A program made the position numbers and the translations under genes. A stretch of DNA of 64,000 bases from IMG/VR virus record IMGVR_UViG_3300037504_000366, one strand, 5' to 3'. Shown here piece by piece: positions 9,148-18,461 of this stretch (position 1 is its first letter; the number at the start of each line of letters is the position of its first letter). Source of the DNA: an uncultured virus (IMG/VR IMGVR_UViG_3300037504_000366) (lineage: Duplodnaviria > Heunggongvirae > Uroviricota > Caudoviricetes). The notes beneath the pieces were generated by a model. That model ran no database searches. It saw only the letters and a program-made list of their open reading frames with translations, and was not told the origin of the DNA.

Positions 9148-10743
9148 ATGACAACGACTAGAGAGATCTACAATAATCCTGATTGGCTTCAGAGACGGAT
9201 GTACTACAAGAGGCTGTCAGATCAGTATGGTGGCAAAACCTACCTGGCCGAGACGTTAAACAAACGCGACCACGACTCTGGAGGTAAGGAGTACAAGTTC
9301 CCCCTCAGACTCAATCTCGATCGCCTGGTGGCCGACATCCATAGGGACCTATCTAGGGGTATGCCCTCCAACGATGACCCTCTCATTGTAAAGGCTGTTG
9401 TGGAGAGAGAGGGGGATTCAGAATACGCAGAGCAAATAGAGCGCTTAATTAACAAGATCTGGCAATTCGCCCACGGCCTGGTTCTGCATCAGGAGATCTT
9501 GCTAGATATGAATATCTTTGGTGGTGCCGCTCTAAGAATACTGTGGGAGCCTTTCAACAGCGATTTACCGTTCAGGGTGGCACCTAGAAAGCTGGGCAAC
9601 CCCGGATGGATTAAGCCAGTGTTCGACCCGGTGGACTCATACAGAATGCTTAGTTGCTATATGGGCTATGAGATTAGCCCAGAGGTGGCCAGGGCAAAGT
9701 ACGGCATATCAGTGGCAGACAGTGGAATGAAACCTCTGTATATGGAGCATTGGACAAAGCACTCGTACAGGATCACGATTGACGATCAGGTCCCCGAGCT
9801 AGTTGGCAGCGATGGTGAGAGATACAGACTGGAGGGGGAGAATCCGTATGGGTTCGTGCCGTTCTACTACATCCCCCATACAAAGTCCGTGGAGATGTGG
9901 GGAGACTCACAGATTGACGGCGCAGAGGGTCTCTCAAAGGAGATCAACTCCAGGGTAACCACCTATGCAGACATTGTCAGATCCACAAACCCCGGCATCT
10001 TGTGGGGTAGGGATCTTGGCGCAATGCGCTTGCGCCCGGCCAAGTTACCTAACGGCACTACGCTTGCTATGATCCTGGATGCCGGTAGCACAAAGGGAAT
10101 CAGCAACAGCAATCCGCCCAACCTGGACAGTCTACCGGCCCCGGATACGCCGAAGGCTGTTTTAGATCTTCCTCAATTGCTGATCAATCTCTGGATGATG
10201 GACAATAGATTGAGTCCAGCCATATTTGGTTTGGACGACACGCAGTCCGGTCGCATCACTGGACCCGCTATCGCCCAGAGGATGTGGACATCGGTAGCAC
10301 ATACAGTTACAGAAAGATCGTACGTGTCTACGGTAAAGACCCTGATGGACAGGGACCTTCTTAGAGTCCTTTCTGTTAGAGAGCAGGAACTTGATGGTCT
10401 CGGAGTGTCTATGCCAATCAGTCTGGACAGAGATGTCATAGACTCTATTACCGTCAAGCAAGTATGGCCGCCGAGTATACCGATCGATCGTGCCGACAAG
10501 CATGTCGAGATGCTGGAAAGACTAAAGGAGGGCGGTGTTGGCCCGGAGACATACCTCACAGAGATGGGTATCGAGGATGTCAAGGGAGAGATGGAGCGCA
10601 TTTTGGAGTGGCTAGAAAAGCGCGCCGAGATCAAGTCAAAGGAGACGCCAGTCAATGAGTTTGAGAACGATAGTCAAGGTGGACCAACTGCCAGGCAGCG
10701 GCCAACCGAGGATCAGCAGAGCCAGGATAGAGTGGCTTCGTAG
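9148..10743 (+). CDS. Portal protein
   Basis: 531 aa after terminase; ENPYGFVPFYYIPH and WGDSQI resemble SPP1 gp6-type portals; TGPAI motif. Confidence 0.85.
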   Translation: MTTTREIYNNPDWLQRRMYYKRLSDQYGGKTYLAETLNKRDHDSGGKEYKFPLRLNLDRLVADIHRDLSRGMPSNDDPLIVKAVVEREGDSEYAEQIERLINKIWQFAHGLVLHQEILLDMNIFGGAALRILWEPFNSDLPFRVAPRKLGNPGWIKPVFDPVDSYRMLSCYMGYEISPEVARAKYGISVADSGMKPLYMEHWTKHSYRITIDDQVPELVGSDGERYRLEGENPYGFVPFYYIPHTKSVEMWGDSQIDGAEGLSKEINSRVTTYADIVRSTNPGILWGRDLGAMRLRPAKLPNGTTLAMILDAGSTKGISNSNPPNLDSLPAPDTPKAVLDLPQLLINLWMMDNRLSPAIFGLDDTQSGRITGPAIAQRMWTSVAHTVTERSYVSTVKTLMDRDLLRVLSVREQELDGLGVSMPISLDRDVIDSITVKQVWPPSIPIDRADKHVEMLERLKEGGVGPETYLTEMGIEDVKGEMERILEWLEKRAEIKSKETPVNEFENDSQGGPTARQRPTEDQQSQDRVAS

Positions 10744-11002
10744 AGACTACGGCAGAGTAGAGGAGCACACTCTAGAGCTAACCACTACAAAAACGGATGT
10801 TGATACATCCATAGCAGACATCAAGTTTCTATACATCGAGCCGCTAACAGACGACGTTACTGTCGAGCTTTACAAAAACTTGTCGCCTGAAAGCTGGACA
10901 GTTGGAGACTTTGTTCTAATAGCAGGAGTAGATGAATGCACAAAGATAGCGATGAAAGCATCGGCGGCGGCCACCGCAAAGGTCTTGATAGCGGGAAATT
11001 AA
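10655..11002 (+). CDS. Hypothetical (probable virion) protein overlapping the portal 3' end
   Basis: SD AAGGAG upstream; beta-rich C-half resembles the 12568 and 12948 proteins. Confidence 0.55.
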   Translation: MSLRTIVKVDQLPGSGQPRISRARIEWLRRDYGRVEEHTLELTTTKTDVDTSIADIKFLYIEPLTDDVTVELYKNLSPESWTVGDFVLIAGVDECTKIAMKASAAATAKVLIAGN

Positions 11003-12063
11003 TAGACATACTGGGATTTGTCCTAGAGCGTGGCGGCTACGTAAGACCAGTCCCGTACTATCGAGTGGCGGGACCGCTAGCGGCAATAGATAGAAATAGT
11101 AATAGCCTGAACGTAAAGGTCTTGACCGACTCCGAGTTCAAGAAGGCCTATGTATCTGGGACGGCTGCGGATGTCATATCTAGCACCAGGGTACTATTCA
11201 TGTCCAGGCTGCACTATCAGGGCCAGGGCAAGGACCTAGATGATTTTGTAGATGCTTGTAAAAAGTATAATATAACATTGGTATTCGACACAGACGACGA
11301 CCTGACTCACAGGTATCGGGATCTGGGCCAGTCCGGTGGCCAAGCGTTCTTGGACACAATGTCGAGGATGGACTATGTTACTGTATCAACGCCCTATCTA
11401 AAGACCAGGGTGGAGGAAGAGACCGGCCAGAACGCTACCGTTATAGAGAACCACGTGCATTATGATTGGTTCTCCGAGATGAGTCTGAAAACCGACAAAA
11501 TGGCCGGTGGAGTGACAGTTGGTTTCATTGGCACCCACACCCACAAGGACGACTGGATCTATCCAGTTAAAGCACTGGAGAGACTAGCTAGCAAGTATGA
11601 TGATGTTGTTATCTTATGCGCTGGCTTTGTGCCAGCGTACTTGAGAGATATGGACAATATCATCAAGCTGGACTCGGTCCCATATCCAATGTACCCGACA
11701 CTGATAAGGCAATTTGATATCGTGTGTTGCTCTCTGGACCCGGATGATAAGTTCAACTGGAGCAAGAGCGGTATCAAGGCTCTGGAGGCTATGGCATCGT
11801 CTAGGGAATTAAAGAACGGGCGCATCGGCGGTGCCGTTCCGGTATGCACAGATATGAAGCTATATAGGCGGGTGGTAAATAACAACAATAACGGGTTACT
11901 TGTTGACAACGATAGCTGGTTCGATGCGCTGGAACTTTTGATCAGAGATGGACGAAAGAGAGACTCTCTGGCTATTGCTGGCAACAAGTGGGTTAAGAAA
12001 CATAGGGATTTCGATAGAGGGTATAGAAAATGGCTAAGGTTTTTTAAGGAGGTAGTATTATGA
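10936..12063 (+). CDS. Glycosyltransferase, GT-B (GT4-like)
   Basis: YYRV..PL, VFDTDDDL, VTVSTPYL, VGFIGT, FNWSKSGIKALE motifs; start uncertain. Confidence 0.8.
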   Translation: MHKDSDESIGGGHRKGLDSGKLIDILGFVLERGGYVRPVPYYRVAGPLAAIDRNSNSLNVKVLTDSEFKKAYVSGTAADVISSTRVLFMSRLHYQGQGKDLDDFVDACKKYNITLVFDTDDDLTHRYRDLGQSGGQAFLDTMSRMDYVTVSTPYLKTRVEEETGQNATVIENHVHYDWFSEMSLKTDKMAGGVTVGFIGTHTHKDDWIYPVKALERLASKYDDVVILCAGFVPAYLRDMDNIIKLDSVPYPMYPTLIRQFDIVCCSLDPDDKFNWSKSGIKALEAMASSRELKNGRIGGAVPVCTDMKLYRRVVNNNNNGLLVDNDSWFDALELLIRDGRKRDSLAIAGNKWVKKHRDFDRGYRKWLRFFKEVVL

Positions 12064-12350
12064 AGGGGCTAGCTACTCTATCGTACAACGTAACCACGGG
12101 GGCCGTTGTGTCCATTGATGACTTCGGCTTCGATCAGGAGGACTTGGACCGGTGTAACGCCGCAGTCCTCTCTTGCCACACCAACAACAGTGCTGTTACA
12201 TTCACAGGTGAGGACCCCACAGCTAATCTCGGGCACCGCTTGGTTGCTGGTAACAAGTGGCAAACCATCACGCGCAGGGCTAATGTGCAGAGACTAAAGT
12301 TCCTGGGTGTCAGTGGTAACTCGAGAGTTACAGTCACGTTGATGTTGTGA
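12060..12350 (+). CDS. Hypothetical protein
   Basis: Strong SD AAGGAGGT; ATGA overlap. Confidence 0.7.
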   Translation: MKGLATLSYNVTTGAVVSIDDFGFDQEDLDRCNAAVLSCHTNNSAVTFTGEDPTANLGHRLVAGNKWQTITRRANVQRLKFLGVSGNSRVTVTLML

Positions 12351-12351
12351 G

Positions 12352-12489
12352 ATGACTAGCGTAAGATTCTGGCAAATTATGAGACAGGCCTTGCTGCTGA
12401 TGGTAGACGCCATTGAAAAAGAGATTCTCAAGATGGACTGTACCACGGCAGACTTGCGCAAAATTCGCAAATCTGATAAGATAAGGTAA
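12352..12489 (+). CDS. Small 45-aa protein (below the ORF-track cutoff)
   Basis: MTSVRFWQIMRQALLLMVDAIEKEILKMDCTTADLRKIRKSDKIR*; starts immediately after the previous stop. Confidence 0.6.
   Translation: MTSVRFWQIMRQALLLMVDAIEKEILKMDCTTADLRKIRKSDKIR
12454..12482 (+). promoter_or_regulatory. Putative sigma70-type promoter for the head operon
   Basis: TTGCGC, 17-nt spacer, TAAGAT with extended -10 TG. Confidence 0.5.
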
Positions 12490-12567
12490 TTAAACTACAG
12501 GCAGTCCGCAACGGAACGCCGTTGACCTTTCGGTCGCGGCGTTCTCTTGCTTTAGGAGAATTTATAT

Positions 12568-12939
12568 ATGGCAGATGTTGATGGCTACAGCATTCAATTA
12601 ATCACGACGCTCCTGGATGGGAGCGCAACTGCTATGTCAAGCCCTGGAACAGCCCAGACCGGCACGGTCTTGGAGGCCACCGGTGGGCTCCCCCACAAGA
12701 TCCCTGGCGGCACCAGTGATCTGAACATTAAGCTAGGCACCCTTACGGATGTTAAGTGGCTGGCTATTTGGGCCGATGGAGAAGGTGTCACATTTAGGGT
12801 GAGTAATGGCGGAGACGCGCTCGATGCTAACCCATTTGCCTTCCTGGCCAATGTTGAGGACGGTATGGGAATCAGCGAGATTTGGGTAAGCAACACTGAT
12901 ACGGCAGAGCGCAAGGTAACAGTCCTAGCGGCTGAATAG
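12568..12939 (+). CDS. Probable small virion protein (paralog of 12948-13271)
   Basis: SD AGGAG; LGTLTD, ANP and C-terminal VLAAE shared with the next gene. Confidence 0.7.
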   Translation: MADVDGYSIQLITTLLDGSATAMSSPGTAQTGTVLEATGGLPHKIPGGTSDLNIKLGTLTDVKWLAIWADGEGVTFRVSNGGDALDANPFAFLANVEDGMGISEIWVSNTDTAERKVTVLAAE

Positions 12940-12947
12940 GAGAAAAA

Positions 12948-13271
12948 ATGTCTTACAGTCTAAGTGTTACAATTGATGACGAAACAGCTACGGGGTCTGG
13001 AGAAACTACGGAAACTTTTAAGAGTGTGATAGCTCTACCAGCAGGAGCGTCAGATACGTCTCTAACTCTGGGTACCATCACTGACCCGCTCTACATCGCT
13101 GTGTTCGGAGGCGAGGGCATCTCCTTTAAGTTAGGAGCGGCTGGCACCGACGAGATTGGAGCTAACCCGGTTGGTGTTGTGTCCGACGAGCAGGGCCTTG
13201 GCGAGACTGTAGTCTTGCTTAGCAATGACTCTGGCGTAGAGGTAGAAGTGGCCGTCCTGGCGGCTGAGTGA
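12948..13271 (+). CDS. Probable small virion protein (paralog of 12568-12939)
   Basis: SD AGGAG; LGTITD, ANP, C-terminal VLAAE. Confidence 0.7.
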   Translation: MSYSLSVTIDDETATGSGETTETFKSVIALPAGASDTSLTLGTITDPLYIAVFGGEGISFKLGAAGTDEIGANPVGVVSDEQGLGETVVLLSNDSGVEVEVAVLAAE

Positions 13272-13606
13272 TGCTACCAAATATCACAAAGCCCGAGGAT
13301 ATCTCTACTGTTCTTGACAAACCGGATCAGTGGAAGGGGCAGGAAAAAGTCAGGGTGTTTGAGATGGTGGTCAAGCTGATCAATGAGTACGAGAGGTTCA
13401 ACAGACTGCCAAAGACACCAGCGACCCTGATGAGATCCAGGGCGCTTCAAGAGCTTGGGAGAGCCAAATGGCAACTACGAGAGTTAACCCCGACGACGAC
13501 CGCTACGACCCCATCAAAGAAGAATGGGTCGAAAACGGATCGCCGTTCCAGTTCAACTACGAAGAAGAAGGTTGGGGTGGAGCAATCGTCCAAGCAAGAA
13601 CAATAG
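13268..13606 (+). CDS. Hypothetical protein
   Basis: GTGA overlap with the previous stop; 3' part overlaps the next ORF. Confidence 0.5.
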   Translation: MMLPNITKPEDISTVLDKPDQWKGQEKVRVFEMVVKLINEYERFNRLPKTPATLMRSRALQELGRAKWQLRELTPTTTATTPSKKNGSKTDRRSSSTTKKKVGVEQSSKQEQ

Positions 13607-13788
13607 ACAACGTGACCTACTTCTGGATCACGGCAAGCCAGAAACCGACAGAGATTGACAACGAAGGAGAGGTGACAGTTGGGTGGCCTTTTATGAATCT
13701 TGAATCTGGATACCAAAAGCTCTGGTTCGATAAAGAGTCCAGAATCAAGACAGAGATCAAGCCGTACCCAAACGAGCTGGAGAAATGA
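13468..13788 (+). CDS. Hypothetical protein
   Basis: SD GGGAG; ATGA coupling to the downstream gene. Confidence 0.6.
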   Translation: MATTRVNPDDDRYDPIKEEWVENGSPFQFNYEEEGWGGAIVQARTIDNVTYFWITASQKPTEIDNEGEVTVGWPFMNLESGYQKLWFDKESRIKTEIKPYPNELEK

Positions 13789-14006
13789 TATACGACTACA
13801 GATGCAAGGAATGCGGGGAAGTATTTGAGATTGATGCGCCTATGGGCAACAGGCCGGACACGGTCATATGCCCAATATGCGATAAAGAAGCAAAGAGATT
13901 CATAATCAGCGCCGGTGCTTTGGTGTTTGACTGGGGTGCAAGAGCGGCGAGTGAGGCAGGGGTTTCCGGAAGGTACCACGCCCCAACCCGCTCTAAACGG
14001 CGATAG
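13785..14006 (+). CDS. FmdB-type zinc-ribbon protein
   Basis: YDYRCKECGEVFE...CPIC. Confidence 0.8.
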   Translation: MIYDYRCKECGEVFEIDAPMGNRPDTVICPICDKEAKRFIISAGALVFDWGARAASEAGVSGRYHAPTRSKRR

Positions 14007-14014
14007 GAGGAGAT

Positions 14015-14395
14015 ATGGCTACTACCACAGATCTGAGTAAACAACGCAATGTGAGAGAGCTGACGTTCACGTTGACGTACTCAGACACGACCACAGCCAA
14101 AATGCTCACGCTCCCAAGTGGAGCCAGAATAATCGCCTGGTTCCTGAATGTAAAGACCGCCTTTTCCGGTGGCACAGCCGAGCTAGATGTCGGAACGTCC
14201 GACGACGCCGACTCGATCATGGACGGGGAATCAATCTCCGCTGTTGGTCAGTTAGCGCCGGGGGCAGAACTGCTACAGCCCGGCTATGAAACAACCGACC
14301 AGGTTGGGATTTACGCCAACGTTGGGGTAGGCAATACGGCTGGCGAAATCGATGTGACGGTCCTGTTTTCGATGGATGTAGACAGGGCCTTTTAG
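14015..14395 (+). CDS. Putative capsid decoration/cement protein
   Basis: LPSGARII...V.TAF...LDVGT beta-sandwich pattern in the head operon. Confidence 0.55.
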   Translation: MATTTDLSKQRNVRELTFTLTYSDTTTAKMLTLPSGARIIAWFLNVKTAFSGGTAELDVGTSDDADSIMDGESISAVGQLAPGAELLQPGYETTDQVGIYANVGVGNTAGEIDVTVLFSMDVDRAF

Positions 14396-14409
14396 GAGGA
14401 TAGGATAAG

Positions 14410-14958
14410 ATGGCTGCTTCAGATGTGAGAAAGAGTAAGAAAGACCCAACCCAGTATGCCGCGTTTGAGATTAAGCGCGAGCAGGTCGAGGGACTGACTG
14501 GCGAGGGCACAAAGAGCGCATATACGGGTCGCTCGCCTCTCACTCGGTGGATTGCTCGCGCTTTCGACTACGATGACTTCGTGTCGAACGTGGATGCTAC
14601 TGGGTGGGTTGTTAAAAACCCGTTGCCGCCCAACTCCCTGGTCCTGCGTGCGATTATGCGCGTTGAGACTGCCTTTGAGGCCTCTGGCCCAGCGGCAGAT
14701 GTGGATGTTGGACACGGCGGGACGCCGGGCGCGAATCCTGGCGATGGTTGGGGAGATGGTCTGGACTTAACGTCCACGGGTGCTGTTTGCGATCCTGATT
14801 CCGACTTTAACCCCGCTGGTGCGAATGGTCCTCGGTTCTATGACGAGGACACCGTGGATGTGTACTGGCAAAACGCCACAGCGCCCACGGCTGGTGAAGC
14901 AATTCTGTTCCTAGAGGTGATCAGTTACCACGAGGACCTCGGGGAAGAGGTAACCTAG
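14410..14958 (+). CDS. Putative capsid decoration protein (paralog of 14015-14395)
   Basis: LPPNSLVL...VETAF...VDVG...TAGE shared pattern. Confidence 0.55.
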   Translation: MAASDVRKSKKDPTQYAAFEIKREQVEGLTGEGTKSAYTGRSPLTRWIARAFDYDDFVSNVDATGWVVKNPLPPNSLVLRAIMRVETAFEASGPAADVDVGHGGTPGANPGDGWGDGLDLTSTGAVCDPDSDFNPAGANGPRFYDEDTVDVYWQNATAPTAGEAILFLEVISYHEDLGEEVT

Positions 14959-14974
14959 TTAATAGGAGATTACG

Positions 14975-15751
14975 ATGGACAGACTCAAGTACCGACTGAT
15001 CAAAGCTAGGGCCGCAGCCGATGATGATGATTCGGATGCCGACCCAAAGCCGCCTCAGCCGCCAAAGAGCCAGTCACCAACTGCCAACATCGACCCGTCT
15101 ATGGTATGGGACGACGAAGGCAAAATGTGGAGAGACAAGTTTAACGGGCAGAAAGGGGCAGTTCAGGACCTCTCGACAAAATTGGCCGAGGCGCGTAGAG
15201 AAATCGATAGCCTGAAACAAAAGATGACCGATTCATTGTCGAGCCGTGACCAAGACGAGACTCAGCTCAGAGAAGAGCTGGAGTCCCTGAGAGAGAATGC
15301 TGGAGTGATCCCGGATCTGCACGAGAAGATTAAAGAATTGACCGCCAAGGTCAAGGCTGGAGAGCGCTATAAAGCACTAGCTAGAAGGCCAGAGTTGCTT
15401 TCGATGGTTGTTGAGGAAGAAGAGGAGACAGAGGACGGAGAGACGGTTACCAAAAGGACCAACCCTATCCTTGATCTCGTAGCTTCATCCAACCTGGAGG
15501 GCGAGGACTTAGATGCCCTTCTGGACAAGTTGTCTGTCGCAGTACCTACAACTTCTGCGGCAGAAGATAGCGCAAAGCCCCCAGCGCCCCCGGCGCCCCC
15601 GGCACCTGATGGGGACGATCTGGAGAGCCTGTACAACGCGGCTATCGCAGCAGATGATGCTCTAAGAGAGCACGGCTGGAGCAAGAGCTTAAACGACAAA
15701 TCTATGCAGGCCTGGGCAGCGTACAGAGAGGCTTTGGCGGAACAAAGTTAA
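14975..15751 (+). CDS. Capsid scaffolding protein
   Basis: Acidic coiled coil with Pro-rich segments, directly upstream of the presumed capsid gene. Confidence 0.7.
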   Translation: MDRLKYRLIKARAAADDDDSDADPKPPQPPKSQSPTANIDPSMVWDDEGKMWRDKFNGQKGAVQDLSTKLAEARREIDSLKQKMTDSLSSRDQDETQLREELESLRENAGVIPDLHEKIKELTAKVKAGERYKALARRPELLSMVVEEEEETEDGETVTKRTNPILDLVASSNLEGEDLDALLDKLSVAVPTTSAAEDSAKPPAPPAPPAPDGDDLESLYNAAIAADDALREHGWSKSLNDKSMQAWAAYREALAEQS

Positions 15752-15762
15752 GGAGAACGAAG

Positions 15763-17238
15763 ATGGATGTTTCGGCTTATTTGGACCTTCATCCCTTTCG
15801 GGATTGGACAGTCGATAGATGGGACGAGAGATCTGCTATCATAGACACCAGATTCCACGAGACCGACATTTACTTTACACCACTAGTCGGCAACTCTATG
15901 GTCATGCCCGAGGGCGTTGGCTGGAACAACTACTGGTACATTGATAGCGAGATCGTACGTGCCCACACGAACCACAATCCCATAGGGAGATACCAAAGAA
16001 TGATGGGGCCACTCTACATTGACACTCGTCAGCGAAGAGTTCAGTCCCGCAAGCGCTACGGATCAAAGATCCAGTATGACGCTAAAGACCAGATGGTCAC
16101 GAGATTCGGCGATGATACGGCAGGGTTTATCTCTGCTGTGCTGCGTGACCAGATGGCAGACGATATTGTCGGCCAGCAGGAGAAGATCTCCCGCGATGGC
16201 CTGATCAATAACGCTACCCACAGGTTTTTGTACAACGGTACGTCTTTTTCCAATGGCACGGCTGACTTCAGTGATATTCCGGCGACCGAGGCCGGTGAGT
16301 TCGATGTCAAGCTGCTGGAGGACACAGCTTTGAGAATGTCCACACGCTCCGAGTATACGCTCAAGGCGTGGGGCGATTACTCGCAACCAGTGCCCGGTCG
16401 TAATTTCAGGGGATCGTCCCTGGTTATGATGACCACGGGCACGTGGCACGGTCTCTGGAACAGTGAGGCCAACACGTGGATGGTTGACCTGCGACAGCTA
16501 CAGGACGAGAGAGTCATCAATGGTGGACAGGTTCAGTACAGACGCTTTGCTACTTTACAGGATACTGGCGCTGGCGCGCTAGTCCTGTTTAACGCTGGCA
16601 CGATCACCACTCAGGTTGCGGTCACCGACCCGATCAAGTGGGGCGATGGTGCACCCGATCCCGGCTCGGAAGATCCGGTACACGGTATGTACCTGGCTGG
16701 CCAGGATGGCACTGACACTACACACTACATCCAGTGCAGCGATTTCGATGCTGGCGACTTTGTGGCTGGGGACTTTGTCTCTATCCACACCAAGCGCACC
16801 AGCAGTTGGGGCATCACGAACGGAAACGACTGGCAGGATGGCGAGACGATGGTTGCAGAGGTATACGAAGTCGACGCTGACAACAACCGCCTGAAGGTCG
16901 TAGATCCGATCACTTACGCCTACGAGAGCCTGATGCCCTACGAGGGCCTGGATGACGATACAACAGTGTCTGGCGAGTGCTACGCCTTTGTTACAAAAGC
17001 ACAGCACATCCACCCGGTTATCGTGGTAGGTGCTCGAGAGAGTGTTCAGTTTGTTCGCAGACGCTACAAGGGCAATCTCATCACTTTCCACAGACCAGTG
17101 GACACCAACGTTGACTTCCCGAGCATTGAACGCGCGACCGCCGAATGGCACGGTGAGATCAACCAATGGAACCCGGATGTCATTGAGATCTACTTCTGCA
17201 GCGCGAAGTGGGCCAATCGAGGACAACCGGCATACTAG
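15763..17238 (+). CDS. Major capsid protein (probable)
   Basis: 491 aa, strong SD, between scaffold and adaptor; call rests mainly on position and size. Confidence 0.7.
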   Translation: MDVSAYLDLHPFRDWTVDRWDERSAIIDTRFHETDIYFTPLVGNSMVMPEGVGWNNYWYIDSEIVRAHTNHNPIGRYQRMMGPLYIDTRQRRVQSRKRYGSKIQYDAKDQMVTRFGDDTAGFISAVLRDQMADDIVGQQEKISRDGLINNATHRFLYNGTSFSNGTADFSDIPATEAGEFDVKLLEDTALRMSTRSEYTLKAWGDYSQPVPGRNFRGSSLVMMTTGTWHGLWNSEANTWMVDLRQLQDERVINGGQVQYRRFATLQDTGAGALVLFNAGTITTQVAVTDPIKWGDGAPDPGSEDPVHGMYLAGQDGTDTTHYIQCSDFDAGDFVAGDFVSIHTKRTSSWGITNGNDWQDGETMVAEVYEVDADNNRLKVVDPITYAYESLMPYEGLDDDTTVSGECYAFVTKAQHIHPVIVVGARESVQFVRRRYKGNLITFHRPVDTNVDFPSIERATAEWHGEINQWNPDVIEIYFCSAKWANRGQPAY

Positions 17239-17241
17239 ACA

Positions 17242-17898
17242 ATGACGACTTTTACCGAGATCAACGATAAATGGTCGCGGTTCACCGGCCAGGAGGGGGC
17301 GGGAGCTTTGTTCCCGATCCCCCTTCGGGTCGATGCTTGGAACTGGTGCCAGCGGGTGTTTGCTAGATCGCACACACCTATGCAGCTATCAGTCAGGCCG
17401 GCGTTTGATACCGGTGGTAGATCGATACTTCTGCCGCAGAACTTTATACGGCCTATGGGCTTGTATGACAGTGACGACGATAGATGGTGGTGGAGGTACA
17501 ACCCGACTCAGGGCGACATCATGTTCAATGATGGCGACACGTCTGAGTTTTGGCTCTGGGGCGATAGAATCTACCTGATGGACAAAAGGTCGTACTCAGA
17601 CGACGACCTTACCTTGTACTATTATGGATACTACCCTGATATCACCATCCAGGAGGATGGTGATGGCTATACCTTCCCCGAGGAAGACGTACTTACGCCT
17701 GACTGGGCAGAGGTAGCTTTGTTACATCTCGGCACTGCGTTTTGTTGGCAACCTGCCGCAATCGAGGCAGCCGAGCTAAACGAGTACAAACTTGCAGTTG
17801 AGGCAGGCACGCCTGTCCACAACCCAAGATCGTTACAGGCCAGGGAGCATCTTTATTGGTACGACCAGATCGTTAACAGAGTTGAGACTACAGTATGA
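17242..17898 (+). CDS. Head-tail adaptor/connector (probable)
   Basis: Follows the capsid gene; LPQNF...LYYYGY.P pattern of adaptor proteins. Confidence 0.55.
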   Translation: MTTFTEINDKWSRFTGQEGAGALFPIPLRVDAWNWCQRVFARSHTPMQLSVRPAFDTGGRSILLPQNFIRPMGLYDSDDDRWWWRYNPTQGDIMFNDGDTSEFWLWGDRIYLMDKRSYSDDDLTLYYYGYYPDITIQEDGDGYTFPEEDVLTPDWAEVALLHLGTAFCWQPAAIEAAELNEYKLAVEAGTPVHNPRSLQAREHLYWYDQIVNRVETTV

Positions 17899-18452
17899 CA
17901 GAGCCACCTGTTGGCATCGAGTATCTCATAGGATCCACACTCAGAGACGTTGTTGAGAAGTGGACAATCACAGATGTTCCGGAGGATGATCCCTCTAGAG
18001 CGGCTGTGGTTATCTTGGGAAAAGCCACCAGCGAGCGCTCCAATGAGGGCGCTGTAATCTCTATAACAACAGATCACCCACTGGGTCAAAGTGAGGACAG
18101 GGACGGATCAGCAGAGGGGACACCAAAGGCCAGAAACGAGCGGCCCTGGAGTTTCCCGGCAGAGATCGGGACTCGGTTCGAAAAGATAACCGGTGTAGTT
18201 CAGATCTTTTATAGAGAGGGCAGAGATGCCACAAATGCTCTGAAGATGCTTAGCGCAGTTACGATGCGTGTCAAGAACGCCATCAACTCTGATCCAGATC
18301 TAAGGAGCCTAAAAGACGATTTCGGTAATTTTCTAATTGTGATTAAAACAGCAGATAATTTCGGGTATCAGGGTGGTGGCGGAAACACCACCACGGCCAT
18401 ACGCTACATTAACTGGATCGCTTTTATAAAAAGCACTGCTACCCGTTTCTAA
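17895..18452 (+). CDS. Tail terminator/neck protein (probable)
   Basis: Position before the tail tube; AINSDPDL motif. Confidence 0.5.
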   Translation: MTEPPVGIEYLIGSTLRDVVEKWTITDVPEDDPSRAAVVILGKATSERSNEGAVISITTDHPLGQSEDRDGSAEGTPKARNERPWSFPAEIGTRFEKITGVVQIFYREGRDATNALKMLSAVTMRVKNAINSDPDLRSLKDDFGNFLIVIKTADNFGYQGGGGNTTTAIRYINWIAFIKSTATRF

Positions 18453-18461
18453 GGAGGAAAG

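Noticed and set aside
16579..17373. Long antisense ORFs (e.g. 264 aa here, 252 aa at 41415-42173)
   Set aside because: Shadow frames opposite well-supported genes, with no motifs or RBS
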